NCBI GenBank assembly: GCA_963845755.1
Contig: CAWJTV010000005.1
Coordinates: forward strand, 1-64,000
Direction: 5' to 3'
Source of the DNA: an uncultured Planctomycetota bacterium
GTDB lineage: Bacteria > Planctomycetota > Planctomycetia > Isosphaerales > Isosphaeraceae
DNA length: 64,000 nucleotides
Shown piece by piece: positions 7,245 through 18,937 of this stretch. Each line of letters starts with the position of its first letter. The first letter of the stretch is position 1. The position numbers and the translations under genes were made by a program. The notes beneath the pieces are model-generated. The model did no database searches. It saw nothing but the letters and a program-made list of their open reading frames with translations, and was not told where the DNA came from.

Positions 7245-9230
7245 TTAGCCTGGACCACCCAGAACCCGGATCAACTTGGCGAAGAAACGATCCCACTCGA
7301 TCGGTTTGCTGATGAAGTCGTCACAGCCCAGCCTCAGGCACTCTTCCCGATCGTCGCTCATCGCGTACGCGGTGACCGCAATGATCGGGGTGGTGAAGCC
7401 TCCGGCGCGGAGCCGGCGCACGACCTCATAGCCGTCGAGCACCGGCATCTGCATGTCCATGATCAGGACATCGAAGGGCCGGTCCTCCTCGATGGACTCG
7501 CGGACCCGATCGAGGGCTTCCTGGCCATTGAGGGCTGTCACGACCTCGGCTCCGGCACGGATCAGGCGAATGCCAATCAGTTGCTGATTCGCCTCGTTAT
7601 CGTCGGTCACCAGGATTCGGGCATCGAGGCGGGGTGAGGGCGTTGGAGCCGATGTCAGGGGAGACGTCCTCGAGGAATCTGCCCGTTGTCGCGAACCGCC
7701 GTGCTCGTCGAGCGGGCCAGCCGGGATGGAGAGAGTGAAGATCGAACCCGAACCCGGAGTGCTCTGCACGTCGATATCGCCTCCGAGCCGCCGGGCCAGG
7801 CGCTCGCAGATTGCCAGTCCCAGCCCCGTACCGGCCGGCCGATCCACGGCCGCGGAGCCGGCCCGGTAGAAGGGCTCGAACAGGCGAGCCAGCTCGGCCG
7901 ACGTCACACCGATGCCGGTGTCGGCCACCACGAATTGAAGCGAAGGATCGGAGTCAGGCTGATCGATCAACTGGACCGTCAGCCGCACCGCACCGTGCTC
8001 GGTGAACTTGATCGCGTTGTCCAGCAGGTTGACGAGAATCTGCCGGAGTCGCAGGCGATCGGAGGCGATGGCCGGGGGGATCGCGCCGACGAATTGCACA
8101 TCGAGCTGCACATTCTTGGATTCTGCCTTGCCACGGAGCGATCCGACCACCTCCGCGACGATCGCCTCCGGCGAGCAGGGCTCACGCTCCACGCGGAGCT
8201 CGCCCGCCTCGATCCGCGAGATGTCGAGGAGGTCGTCGATCAGCGCGAGCATTAATCGACTATTCTGGTGGATGGTGGCGAGGTGTCCCGGGATGTCGTC
8301 GGGGCCAGCTTGCAAGTAGGGATGTTCATCCAGCAATTCGATGAATCCCAGGATCGCGGTCAGGGGTGTCCGGATCTCATGGCTGACGCTGGAGAGGAAT
8401 TCGCTCTTGGCCCGATTGGCCTGTTCGGCGGCCTCCTTGGCCTGGCGCAGGGCCTCTGCCTCCTGAGCGGCCCGGGAGATCCGCTTCTCTTCCGTAATGT
8501 CGCGGATGACCTCCAGGACGCGATCGGCGGCGCCCTCCCGGATCCGGCTGACCAGCAGCGACTCGCAGTCCAGGATACCGCCGGACCTGGTCTGAAGCCT
8601 CAGTTCATAGCGGGGGACCGTCTCGCTCTGCAAGGTACGCTCGTGCATTCGGGTCGAGGCGTCGCGATCATCGGGGTGGAGCAGCCCCTCGAGTCGCCGA
8701 CTGATCCAATCACCCGGCGACCAGCCCGTGATGTCCTCGAATCCTGGGCTGATCGAGAGCAGGACGCCGCTGGCGTCGACCTCCCAGACCATCACGCCGG
8801 TCGATGCGATCAGGCTCTTGTAGCGGGTCTCGACCTGCTTGAGCGATTCCTCGGCACGTATGCGCTCGCTGATGTCGCGCGCCACGACGAGCCCGACGGC
8901 CTCGGGCTCGGTGTGGATCCGGCTCACACTGAGGTTGACCGGCAAATCCTCCTTCGACGACCTCCGGAGGAAGTATCCTTCTCGCGAATGGAAAAAGCCG
9001 GTCTGGTCCAGGGCCTGGGTGAGTCGCTCCAGGCCATTAGCACCCGAGCTCGAGAAGAGGTCTTCCAGGCGCATCGAGCAGGCCACGTCCTTCTTCAGTC
9101 CCGTCAGCCGCTGGGCAACGGGATTGAGGTCTACGATGGCCCGGGTCCGGGGATCGAACAGGAAGAAGGCATCGTTCGATTCGCGAAACAGGCCACGAGC
9201 GAACGCAAGCTGACGATCTACCGGCTTCAT
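7245..9230 (-). CDS. Cytoplasmic hybrid sensor histidine kinase (PAS-PAS-HisKA-HATPase-REC)
   Basis: SHEIRTPL H-box, NLLDNAIKFT, DTGIG, GTGLGL, receiver DMQMP and KP. Confidence 0.95.
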   Translation of the reverse strand: MKPVDRQLAFARGLFRESNDAFFLFDPRTRAIVDLNPVAQRLTGLKKDVACSMRLEDLFSSSGANGLERLTQALDQTGFFHSREGYFLRRSSKEDLPVNLSVSRIHTEPEAVGLVVARDISERIRAEESLKQVETRYKSLIASTGVMVWEVDASGVLLSISPGFEDITGWSPGDWISRRLEGLLHPDDRDASTRMHERTLQSETVPRYELRLQTRSGGILDCESLLVSRIREGAADRVLEVIRDITEEKRISRAAQEAEALRQAKEAAEQANRAKSEFLSSVSHEIRTPLTAILGFIELLDEHPYLQAGPDDIPGHLATIHQNSRLMLALIDDLLDISRIEAGELRVEREPCSPEAIVAEVVGSLRGKAESKNVQLDVQFVGAIPPAIASDRLRLRQILVNLLDNAIKFTEHGAVRLTVQLIDQPDSDPSLQFVVADTGIGVTSAELARLFEPFYRAGSAAVDRPAGTGLGLAICERLARRLGGDIDVQSTPGSGSIFTLSIPAGPLDEHGGSRQRADSSRTSPLTSAPTPSPRLDARILVTDDNEANQQLIGIRLIRAGAEVVTALNGQEALDRVRESIEEDRPFDVLIMDMQMPVLDGYEVVRRLRAGGFTTPIIAVTAYAMSDDREECLRLGCDDFISKPIEWDRFFAKLIRVLGGPG

Positions 9231-9302
9231 GAGTCGTACTTCGACCCTCTCTTTGGGTGTTCCATCGGCGAGTTGCTATAGATGGGACGGATCGACTCGA
9301 TC

Positions 9303-9456
9303 CTAGGGTCTTCCTCCGAAGGATCCCTCGCCGTCCGCGCCTCTGGGGATTCCGAATTCCGGATTCGAGATTCCCGATTCCCGGATCATTCCCCTTCGGG
9401 AATCCGGAATCTCGAATCCGGAATCCCGATTGGGTTGCGGCCGAAGGCCGCGTTAG
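9303..9456 (-). repeat. ~150-bp heptamer-hairpin dispersed element, copy A
   Basis: Reverse complement nearly identical to 37395-37547; supplies the TAA stop of the kinase gene. Confidence 0.9.
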
Positions 9457-10775
9457 GGAATTGGGTGTCGACGCAGATCATCTTCGGTCTCCTGCAGGAG
9501 CTCGGCCACGGCAGCTTGAAAATTCTCCTCCTTGACGGCCTCGCCGGCGGCTCCCGTCGGACGACCCTGCTTGACCCAGATTTGGTAGGCCCGGTCCTCG
9601 ATGTCCGCCTGGCTCTGACGTTCGGCTGCCAACCAGTTCTTTTCCTTGACCGCCTGGCCCGCCAGACCCTCGGGGCGGCCACTCCGATCCCAGATGATAT
9701 AGGCGCGCAGTTCCACCAATCGGGTGAATTCTGGAGACCGCTCGGGCATCTTCTCCTGGGGCTCGTCGGGGGCCTTTGCGGAGGTTGCCGGGACCGGATT
9801 CGCCCCCGGGCGATTCCCGACGGGATCGGGCTGGGCGGACTTTGGCTCGTTCCTGCCGTCCTCCTTCGATCCGACGCCCAGGATCCAGGCCAACACCGCG
9901 GCCGAGAACAGGACCGCAAATGAGACGACCAACGCGATGGACAGCCTGCGGGCCCTCCGCGATGGCGAAGATAAGCCTCGATCGAGCCCCGCCACGAAAT
10001 CCCGGACGCTGGGAAACCGATCCTCGGGATCCTCCGACAGGCCCCGAAGGATCACCGCGTCCAGTCCACGGGACAATCGGGGATTCAATCGAGAGGGAGG
10101 CGGGAACACGCCGAGTGGTCGTCGCCCCGTCAAGAGCTCGTAACTCAGCGCCGCCAGCGAATACTGGTCGGTGCGCTCGTTGACATCCAGGGCATATTGC
10201 TGCTCGGGGGATACATATCCAATCGTCCCCATGCCGCGAAGGGTTCCCGTCAAGACGCCGGCCTCTTCGCGCGCGACCGCAATTCCCAGATCGCCCACCT
10301 TCACCTGCGACTCGGTGGGCATCAGGATGTTCTCGGGCTTCAGGTCGCGGTGGAGGATCCCCTTGGTGTGCAAGTACGTTAAGGCTTCGCCGACCTGAAG
10401 CAAGATTGAACGGGCCTGGCCGACCGCCATGGGTTTCCCCGGTGTCATGAACCGGCGTAGATCGCCCCCCTCGATGTACTCGGTCACCAGGAACGGCAAG
10501 CCGGAGTCGCTCGTCGTGCCGAAATCGAAGATCGAGAGGATGTGGGGGTGGGAGACGCTCGCCAGGAGTCCGACCTCTCGGTGGAAGCGGGACCGGCAGA
10601 CCTCAGCATCCTCCCTGTCCGGAATCGAGAGGACCTTCACACAGACAAGTCGTTTCAGGGCCTGCTGCTTTGCGAGATAGACCCTTCCCATTCCCCCTTC
10701 GTTGAGCGCCTGTAAGATCTCACAGCCGGGGATCAGCAACGCCTCGATTCCGGAGGTTTCGTGCGGCGCAGACAT
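9453..10775 (-). CDS. Hanks-type Ser/Thr kinase with a TM helix and two C-terminal DUF2934-like repeats
   Basis: GGMGRVY, VCVK, HRDLKPEN, DLG, GTIGYVSPEQ; TM IALVVSFAVLFSAAVLAWILGV; RAYIIWDRSGRPEG...NWLAAE and RAYQIWVKQGRPTG...NFQAAVAEL. Confidence 0.9.
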   Translation of the reverse strand: MSAPHETSGIEALLIPGCEILQALNEGGMGRVYLAKQQALKRLVCVKVLSIPDREDAEVCRSRFHREVGLLASVSHPHILSIFDFGTTSDSGLPFLVTEYIEGGDLRRFMTPGKPMAVGQARSILLQVGEALTYLHTKGILHRDLKPENILMPTESQVKVGDLGIAVAREEAGVLTGTLRGMGTIGYVSPEQQYALDVNERTDQYSLAALSYELLTGRRPLGVFPPPSRLNPRLSRGLDAVILRGLSEDPEDRFPSVRDFVAGLDRGLSSPSRRARRLSIALVVSFAVLFSAAVLAWILGVGSKEDGRNEPKSAQPDPVGNRPGANPVPATSAKAPDEPQEKMPERSPEFTRLVELRAYIIWDRSGRPEGLAGQAVKEKNWLAAERQSQADIEDRAYQIWVKQGRPTGAAGEAVKEENFQAAVAELLQETEDDLRRHPIP

Positions 10776-11158
10776 GGCATGCCTGGCTTCCGTACAGTTC
10801 CCTCGACACGAAGTCGCACGCGGATAGCTAACCCGCGAGCGATCTCCGATGTTCCGGGCGAATGGATGAACGGAGTAGCTCAAGAACTAACCAAACATGA
10901 TGGCCAATCATTCGACTGGGACGCAAGAGCAGCTCGGTTGACGCCGGCGGGGAGACCGGTCATTCGCGGGGTCCGAGTGAGCCAGCGAGGCGAAGGACGC
11001 GACGGTCCCCGAAGATGGGAATCCCGGACCGAGCCTCGGCCGCAACCGACTGGCTTGGGTTGATGTATCGGTGAGTTCACATCGTCAACGCGAAACGCAG
11101 GTGGACTAACGAATTGATGGAGGTACAAAGGAGGCGTATTGATCGTCGCGACGGCCAT

Positions 11159-11233
11159 CCAGACGCGGCTGACGGCTGCAACCCAGGGAGGATTCCCGAT
11201 TCCCGATTCGAGATTCCGGAAAACGGATTCTAG
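11159..11233 (+). repeat. Heptamer-hairpin element, short copy B
   Basis: ACGCGGCTGACGGCTGCAACCC head, GATTCCC/GATTCGA/GATTCCG units, ends CTAG. Confidence 0.75.
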
Positions 11234-11422
11234 AGCGACTATCGGTTGGATTGCGCACGTCCCAGGATGACGCGAAGACCCCGATAGACCAGGCCTGGTT
11301 CACGTCGCTCGAAGCCAGTTTAACACTTTTCGCCCTGTACGGCCGTGCCATTCCGGCCACAAACGATTTCAGGGCAAAGTGTTCCGGCCAAGTTACCGAG
11401 TGTTTGAACCAGGTCCTAAACC

Positions 11423-12910
11423 CAATACCGTTTAAGGAAGCATAACCACTGTCTCTGCAAAGGTTTTCTTCAAGGGCGGAATGTGTCGATGTTTGGATCG
11501 TTTCTTTTTCCACTTGGACATTTTACGCTTGATCACTCGCGGATTGATCCGGTTCCTCCGCATTTCGTCATCGGTGCGCTCCCCCTGCATCTCCCACAAC
11601 AATCCCTGGTACCACTCCTCGAACGCCTCGGGGGTCGAGCTGTTGCATTCTGGCAACCGGCACTTGAGGATCTGGAAGCACCCCAGAAACGACAGCCGAT
11701 CCGGGTCCAGCCCCACGGTCCCGGCGGCCGCAACCATCAAGGCTCGGATCACGAAATGACCCAGCGACAGCGCATAGATCTCCTGGATCACCCCCGCCGG
11801 GGTCTCGCTTCGCATCTGTGCCGGCTTGGTCGCCCGCCGCGGATCATGATGGGTCTTTTGCTCATCATAGACCAACTCCTGTTCCCATCTCTCGTGATAA
11901 AGAATAATCAATTCTTCAGCAGGATAAAGCTCCGCGTCAAGGAGATTCGTGATCAGCACATGAGTTTCACCGTGTCCGACTCGTTGCGGGTCGTCCAGTG
12001 TATAGCGGATCACCCGGACGACGATCCCATCCCGATCGATCTGACGGTCGTAGCAACCCCGATAAATCTTGGCCAGGTACGAGCCATCCGCCAGGTTTTG
12101 GATCGACTTGAGGATCAAGCCGCTTTTCACGCGTGCCAACAGCTGGACGCCCCGCAACATCGCCGTTTTCCAGTGGTCATAGCTGAAAAACCCGCGATCC
12201 TCCAACAGGAGCATCTCCGGAGTCAGATGGCGGAGCAAGCCGCCGACCATCGACGGTTCGCCGTGGGCGATCGACCGGACCACGAAGGCCAGTTCGATGT
12301 GGGTCCCCAATTCGACCAGGCTCAGCTTGCGGACTTGGGGGAACGCGCCGTCGCCGCGCGGCCCGGCCGAGGGGCGCGAAGGCCGCGGCGTTGGCCTCCG
12401 AGTCGGGGACATCGTAGACGGTCCCATCGATGCCGACCAGGCGGAACCCGCGGTAGAAGGCTCCGGGCGTATCGGGCCGGGCCAGAGGATGAACGACGTG
12501 CTCGAACAGGTGGCGGACCGGCGCGATGCCCAGGCGTTGCCGGGCCACACACAGGCTGGATCGATGGGGACTCTCCTCGCCGACTCGGAGCCGGCGTGCA
12601 TGCTTGAAGACTTGGCGGATCGGCAAGTCGGTCAACAGCCCCATGGCCAGGACCACCCAGCAAACAATCTCGTGGGTCAGTGTGCAACGTCGTTGATTGG
12701 TTTTACCGGTGGCCGCGAGGACTTGGCGAACGGCCTCGGGCGAGATAATCTGTTCCAGTCCCGCCAAGCGATCCAAGATCCGGCCCGACCCATCGGGCGG
12801 CAGCGTGCAATGTCCGTGCGGCATGCGAGTCATGGCCTCCGTGTTGCTTGGGTCGTGAGTAAACCCAAAGTAACAGGAGGCTGTGGCTTGCGCCTATTTC
12901 AACGGTATTG
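11423..12910 (-). mobile_element. IS4-family insertion sequence, 1488 bp
   Basis: Terminal inverted repeats CAATACCGTT(T/G)AA; 10-bp target duplication GTCCTAAACC at 11413-11422 and 12911-12920. Confidence 0.95.
11432..12833 (-). CDS. IS4-family DDE transposase (frameshift near 12375, probably a sequencing error)
   Basis: IS4 N-terminal domain (ARQRLG), GIDGT, EDRGFFSY, YHERWEQE (YREK-type motif). Confidence 0.92.
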
Positions 12911-13498
12911 GTCCTAAACCACAGGCCGAAATTTTTTTGGGATTTTTTATCTGCTGCTAGGGCCGAGAGTTGGGGCGACTCTTGGCCGAAATCACCTCTA
13001 AGTGCATTAACGTTTTCCCAAAGTTGCGGCATCCTGAGAGTATGGCCCACATGCGATCAATCCCGAGACGGGCAGCCGAACCGCGCCTCCCGGTTCAGGT
13101 CGTCGTCACAACCGGTTTTCAGCCAAAGAGATCGGGGAGAGCGTCCTTCGAAAAAGATGTCCCATTGTGCCACTCAATGACACCCCCATCGGTCGCTGAG
13201 TCCCAGAAGGGGGGCCGCGTGGCCAGGTCGGGAGACCGTGCCACAGAGCGTGCCGCGTGCCACGCAAGTGGGATGTGCTCTAGAATTCCCCGGATGCGCG
13301 CATGGCGCGGAAGTTCTACGGAGCAAGGCTCTAATCATCCCTGCTCCCTCCCACGCGACGAGAGTCGGGGTTGCCCCCCGGCATTGCCGGAGGTTAATCT
13401 AACCTCCGACGGGGGAATGGTCAGTATCCAGGCGCGGGATGCTTGACCGACGGAAGCTGAGAACCTCACTGAGGATGCTCCAACAAGGGCGACGCAAC

Positions 13499-14449
13499 TT
13501 GCAGATTTCCAAGGCGGTGATCACGGCGGCGGGTCGGGGGGCGCGGCAGGATCCGCGTCCGACACCGTGCAGAGGGCGATGCTCCCCCTCGTTGACCGCG
13601 ACGGCGTAACTAAGCCCGTGCTTCAGATCATCGCCGAAGAGGCGATCTCCAGCGGTATCGAGGAGATCTGCGTCGTCTGCGCACCGGGCGATGAAACGGT
13701 CTATCGCGACCATTTCCGCAACTATGCCGCGAACGTGCAATCGGCCAAGGGAATCGACTGGGCCGAGGAACAGGCGCGGCGCCTTGCGGACCTGGAGCAG
13801 CGACTGCAGTTCGCAGTCCAGCCCGAGCCCGAGGGATACGGACACGCGGTCTGGTGCGCGGTCGTTCGTCGGTACAGAAGCATTCCTCTTGCTCCTGGGC
13901 GACCATCTCTACATCTCGGCGGAGTCGCGGCGTTGTGCGCGGCAGTTGATCGACCTGGCAACGGCCGAGGACTGCGCGGTTTCCGCCGTCCAGGCCACCC
14001 GCGAGCACTTGATCCATCTGTATGGGACCCTGTCCGGCCGGCGGTTGCCCGAGCACCCGGAGATCTACGTCATCGACGAGATCGTGGAAAAGCCCAACCC
14101 GACCCAGGCAGAATTGCGGCTCCATGTCCCCGGCCTCCGCGCTGGGCATTATCTGTGCTTCTTCGGCATGCACGTCCTGACCCCCACGGTCTTCGAACTG
14201 CTCGACGAACTCGTCCACAAGAATGTCCGCGAACTGGGATCGATCCAACTGACGACGGCCTTGAACCGTCTGGCTCAGCGCGAACGCTACCTTGCCCTCG
14301 AAACAAGAGGTTCCCGCTACAATCTCGAGGCCAAGCTCGGCGCCCTCGAAGCCCAGATCGCCCTGGGACTGGCCGGCTCGGACCGGGAACGGATTCTCGC
14401 CTTACTGCTGGAATCGGTCGTACGGGTGGCACAGAACGCGCCGGGTTGA
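13499..14449 (+). CDS. Sugar-phosphate nucleotidyltransferase, GalU/NTP_transferase-like (two frameshifts)
   Basis: KAVITAAGRGAR, AMLPLVDRDG..KPVLQII, QPEPEGYGHAV, LLLLGDH, IVEKP. Confidence 0.85.
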
Positions 14450-14453
14450 CTTT

Positions 14454-14534
14454 GTGTTCCGTGTTAGGCAAAGGGTACACGATCTGGTCGGAATTCGCTG
14501 AACATCGAATGCTGAACACCGAACACTGAACACC
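14454..14534. repeat. Inverted heptamer array (GTGTTCC x2 / GAACACY-like x5)
   Basis: 7-bp periodic units ending 1 bp before the ATG at 14536. Confidence 0.7.
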
Positions 14535-14535
14535 T

Positions 14536-17500
14536 ATGACGACCATCGGTCAGCTTCTCATCCAGACGATCACCCACGTGGATCCCACGATCCGCGACCG
14601 TTCGATCCGCGAGATCGTCGCATCGGTCAGCCTGTCCGAAAAGCTTGAGGCTTGCGTGGACCTCGAGCGTTTCCGGCGGGGCCGGAGCAACCTCTACGAG
14701 CGTGTACGGGCCTCACTGTTCCTGCACGCTTTGTATCGGTACGAGATCCAGGACTCACGCCAGATCCGCGGCTCGGGGTTAATCCCATTCGCCGGTTTTC
14801 AGGACCTGATGGAGCGTCGCTACGAGCAGGCGATCGCGGCCTTTCTGGAGACATTGCGTAGCGAGGGGCCCAATGGTGCCATCTGCAGTGCCCTCGCTCA
14901 GGCGTACGAGCAGATCGCATTTCAGAACCTGGCGGATCAAGTGCGGCGGTCGGTCCGGAGCTGTCAGGGCAACCGATGGATGTTTCGGGTTGGTGATGCG
15001 GACGAGCACCCCTTGCGGATTCGCCCGGAGCTCCTCCGTCGCGAATCGGAGGACGGGCTCTTCCCCATCCTGGTGGAACGGACTCCCGTCCGCCTGGATC
15101 TCTCGCACAGCGGCTGGTCGGATATCTTCTTCCTCGGAATGGATTACCCCGATGGCGCACGCGTCCTGAATATTTCGGTCAACCTCGGGGTCCATGGGCG
15201 GGATGACGCCCCCTGCCCTCCAATCGAGAGCCGTCTCCGGGTCATCACGGAGCCGATCCTGCGACTGACGAGCGTCAACCTGAAGGCTTGCAAGGATATC
15301 GATCAACTCGAGGAGGTGTACAATTTCGGCAATGACTATCTGGGCCTGATCAAGGCTGGCATCGTGGCCTCGGGCCTGATCCCTCCGAGTCTGGAAGGGA
15401 CGAGGGTCCGACTCGAAGACCTCTTGTCGCGGATCGTCGGGAGGGGGCATGGCCTGGAGATCGTCATCAAGGTTAACGACATTCCCAAAGGCTCGCGATT
15501 GGCCGTGTCGACGAACCTGCTGGCCTCGCTGATTGCACTCCTGATGCGGGCGACAGGACAGGCGCGCGAACTCACCGGGCCTCTCGCGCTGGAAGAGGCC
15601 AAGGTGGTGGTGGCCCGGGCGATTCTCGGCGAGTGGCTGGGCGGCTCCGGGGGCGGCTGGCAGGATTCGGGGGGGATCTTCCCTGGCATCAAGCTGATTC
15701 AGGGTGTCTCGGCCTCCGAGGTCGATCCGGAATGGGGCGTCAGTCGAGGTCGCCTGCTTCCCGACCATCAATTACTCGACAGAAGGCCGGCCGGACTGCC
15801 TCGGCTCCAGGACACGGGGGACGCCGAGTCCTTTTCATCGGCCCTGGCCAGGAGCCTGGTCCTGGTCCACGGCGGCATGGCTCAGAATGTCGGTCCGATC
15901 TTGAACATGGTGACCGCCAAGTATCTTCTCCGCGGCCGCGCGGAGTGGCTGGCGCGCCAGGAGGCGCTCGAAATCTTCCAGGAGATCGTCTCGTGCGTCG
16001 AGCGCTCGGACGTCCGGGGCCTGGGAGGTGCGACAACCCGGAACTGGGACCGTCCGCTCAAGGGGATCATCCCCTGGGTGACCAACGAGTTCACCGAGAC
16101 GATCATTCGCGAGGCCCGTTCGGCCCTGGGTGACGACTTCTGGGGATTCTTGATGCTGGGCGGCATGGCCGGAGGCGGCATGGCGTTCTTCGTGGCCCCG
16201 GAGCGCCACGATGAATTCCAGGAGCAGATTGCCGCGATCATGCGGCGCGTCAAGGCGGACCTCGACGACGCGCTGCCCTTCGCCATGGAGCCGGTGGTGT
16301 ACGACTTCCGGATCAACCCGCACGGCACGTTCGCCACGCTGGAAGCCGGCACGCGCACCGTGATGCCGCCAGCCTATTACGCGCTCCAGGTTCCCCGGAT
16401 GCTCGCGACCTCGTCCACGAGTCTCACCCAACAGCGCCGCGCGGACGTCGATCACTTCGCCAATACATATCCCGAAGACCGCGAGCTCCTCGGGCTTTTC
16501 CGGACGATGGTCAACCACCTCTTCCCGGTCACACGATCGGCCGCCGATGGCTCGGCCGCGGATTGGGACGAGGAGGCCGCGCGAATCCGTCGCGAGAATG
16601 GATTCGACTCCGTGCAGCACGAGCAGCTCCGCGACGACCTTCAGCGAGGACGGATCGGACTGGCGCGGAACCGGCTTCCGGTCGATCTCGACATCCGCGA
16701 CATCGACGACTCCGAACTGATCGCGGCGCAAGCACCCTGGCCATCGCGGGCCGTCGAGAAGGGCATGACGGCACTGGCGCGGGGCGAGGCCGCCATCGTG
16801 ACGCTCGCCGCCGGCGTTGGCAGCCGATGGACCACCGGCGCCGGAGTCGTTAAGGCCGTCAACCCGTTCGTCCAGCTCGCCGGTCCCCACCGTAGTTTTC
16901 TCGAGATCCACCTGGCCAAGACGAACAAGCTCCGGCACTCCCTGGGCGTCGCCGTCCCGCACGTCGTCACGACCAGCTACCTGACGCATGCGGCCATCGA
17001 TCACCACTTGCGCACCGCGGGGAATTACGGATATGACGGTCCGGTCTACCTGTCGCGCGGCCAGTCGATCGGCCAGCGCCTGATCCCGATGACTCGCGAC
17101 CTCAGCTTCCTCTGGGAAGAGACGAGCCACGAGACTCTCGACGAGAACAAGCAGAAGGTCCGCGAGGCCAGCCGGCGCGCGATCCTCGAATGGGCCAGGA
17201 GTCTTCGCGAGGGTTCCGATTACACGGACAACCTGCCGATCCAGCGGTTCAATCCCCCTGGCCATTTCTACGAGGTTCCCAACCTTCTCCGCAACGGTGT
17301 CCTGGCTCGGCTCCTGGATCGGTATCCCCGCCTGAACTGGCTCCTGGTCCACAACATCGACACGCTCGGTGTGAGTCTGGAACCCGGCGTCCTGGGCCAG
17401 GCCATCGAATCCGGCGCCACGCTGAGCTTCGAGGTGATCCCCCGGCGCATCGAGGACCGCGGCGGCGGACTGGCCAGGGTCGGGGGCCGCGTCCGGTTGC

Positions 17501-17918
17501 TCGAGGGGCTGGCTCAGCCGCGCGAGGACACCGAGTTCCGGCTGCGCTACTACAACACGCTGACGACCTGGGTCCGGATCGATGGACTGCTCGAGGCCTT
17601 GGGGCTGTTTCGCGAGGACCTCAAGCGAGCGCCGGAGAAAGTCGCTGCCGCTGTCCGATCCATGGCGGCCCGCGTCCCGACTTATGTGACCATCAAGGAC
17701 GTCAAGAAGCGCTGGGGACATGGGCAGGAGGATGTCTATCCGGTCGCCCAGTTCGAAAAGCTCTGGGGCGACCTGAGCTCGCTCCCTGACATGAGCTGCG
17801 CGTTCCTGGCCGTCGACCGTCTCCGCGGCCAGCAGCTCAAGGACATGGCCCAGCTCGACGGCTGGGCCAACGACGGTAGCATGGAGCACGTGGGTTCTCT
17901 CTGTGAATTCGCGCCTGA
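14536..17918 (+). CDS. Bifunctional GHMP-type sugar kinase / UDP-sugar pyrophosphorylase (UDPGP family); true stop probably near 17918
   Basis: PVRLDLSHSGWSD, IPKGSRLAVS, GGGWQD, GGMAGGG (GHMP); LAAGVGSRW, NPPGH, VHNIDTLG, QFEK (UDPGP). The ORF-track extension to 18123 overlaps the next gene. Confidence 0.8.
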
Positions 17919-17966
17919 GGAATCGGCTGGAGCGGTTCCGAGCCGCATCGACGAGGGCTTTTCGGT

Positions 17967-18937
17967 ATGGCTTCAAGCGATCGGGTTCTCGTTACGGGAG
18001 GGGCCGGGTTCATCGGGTCGCACCTGGTCGAACGCGCTGCTCGCCGAGGGATTCGCGGTCCGGGTGGTCGATAACCTCGCCACGGGGCATCGCTCAAATC
18101 TGGCTCACCAGGAAGGGCGCTGACGATTGGATCCCGGGGGACCTCGCCGATTACGACGTCTGCCGGCGCGCCGTCGAGGGCGTGAATTATGTCCTCCACC
18201 ACGCGGCGATCCCGAGCGTCCCGCGTTCGGTCCGAGAGCCCCTCGAGTCGCACGCCAGCGGGCCGACGGCGACACTGAACATCCTGGAGGCGTCGCGCCT
18301 GGCCGGCGTCCGGCGGCTGGTCTTCGCCGCATCCAGCAGCGCCTATGGCGAGACGATCGAGCTCCCCAAGCACGAGGCCATCCTCCCCCAGCCGCTCAGC
18401 CCGTATGCGGCCGGGAAACTGGCCGGCGAGCATTACGTCGCGGTCTACGCGCGGACCATGGGCCTGGACGCTGTGAGCCTTCGTTATTTCAATATCTTCG
18501 GGCCGCGGCAGGATCCGTCGAGTCCCTATAGCGGCGTGATCTCGATCTTCGTGAAGTGCATGTCCCAGGGCCTGCGCCCGACGATCCACGGCGATGGGTC
18601 CCAGACGCGCGATTTCACCTACGTCGCAAACGTTGTGGCCGCGAACCTCGCCGCGCTGCGGTGCCCGCAGCCGCTCGGAGGGGCCGTCCTCAACGTCGGC
18701 ACGGGCTTGCGGATCAGCCTGCTTGACCTGGTCGCGACCATCAACGCGGTGCTCGGCACCCACCTCGAGCCCGAGTTCCTGCCCGTCCGCGCCGGTGACG
18801 TCCGAGACTCCCAGGCCAGCCTCGACCGGATCCGAGAGGTCCTGGGCTACCAGCCCGTCGTTTCGTTCGAGGAGGGCCTGCGGAAGACGATTGAATCCCT
18901 CACTGCGAACGGAACCGGCACGACCGGCCCTTCGTGA
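17967..18937 (+). CDS. NAD-dependent nucleotide-sugar epimerase (extended SDR, WbpP/GalE-like); frameshifted
   Basis: MASSDRVLVTGGAGFIGSHLV; AAIPSVPRS; YAAGK; RYFNIFGPRQDP; RDFTYV. Confidence 0.9.

Noticed and set aside
10900..10940. c-di-GMP-I riboswitch (GGGACGCAA)
   Set aside because: Lacks the GNRA-capped stem and upstream consensus, and points away from the adjacent kinase gene.
17918..18123. Triple fusion of kinase, pyrophosphorylase and epimerase
   Set aside because: The epimerase has its own ATG at 17967 with TGGAGFIG in another frame; the overlap results from indels.
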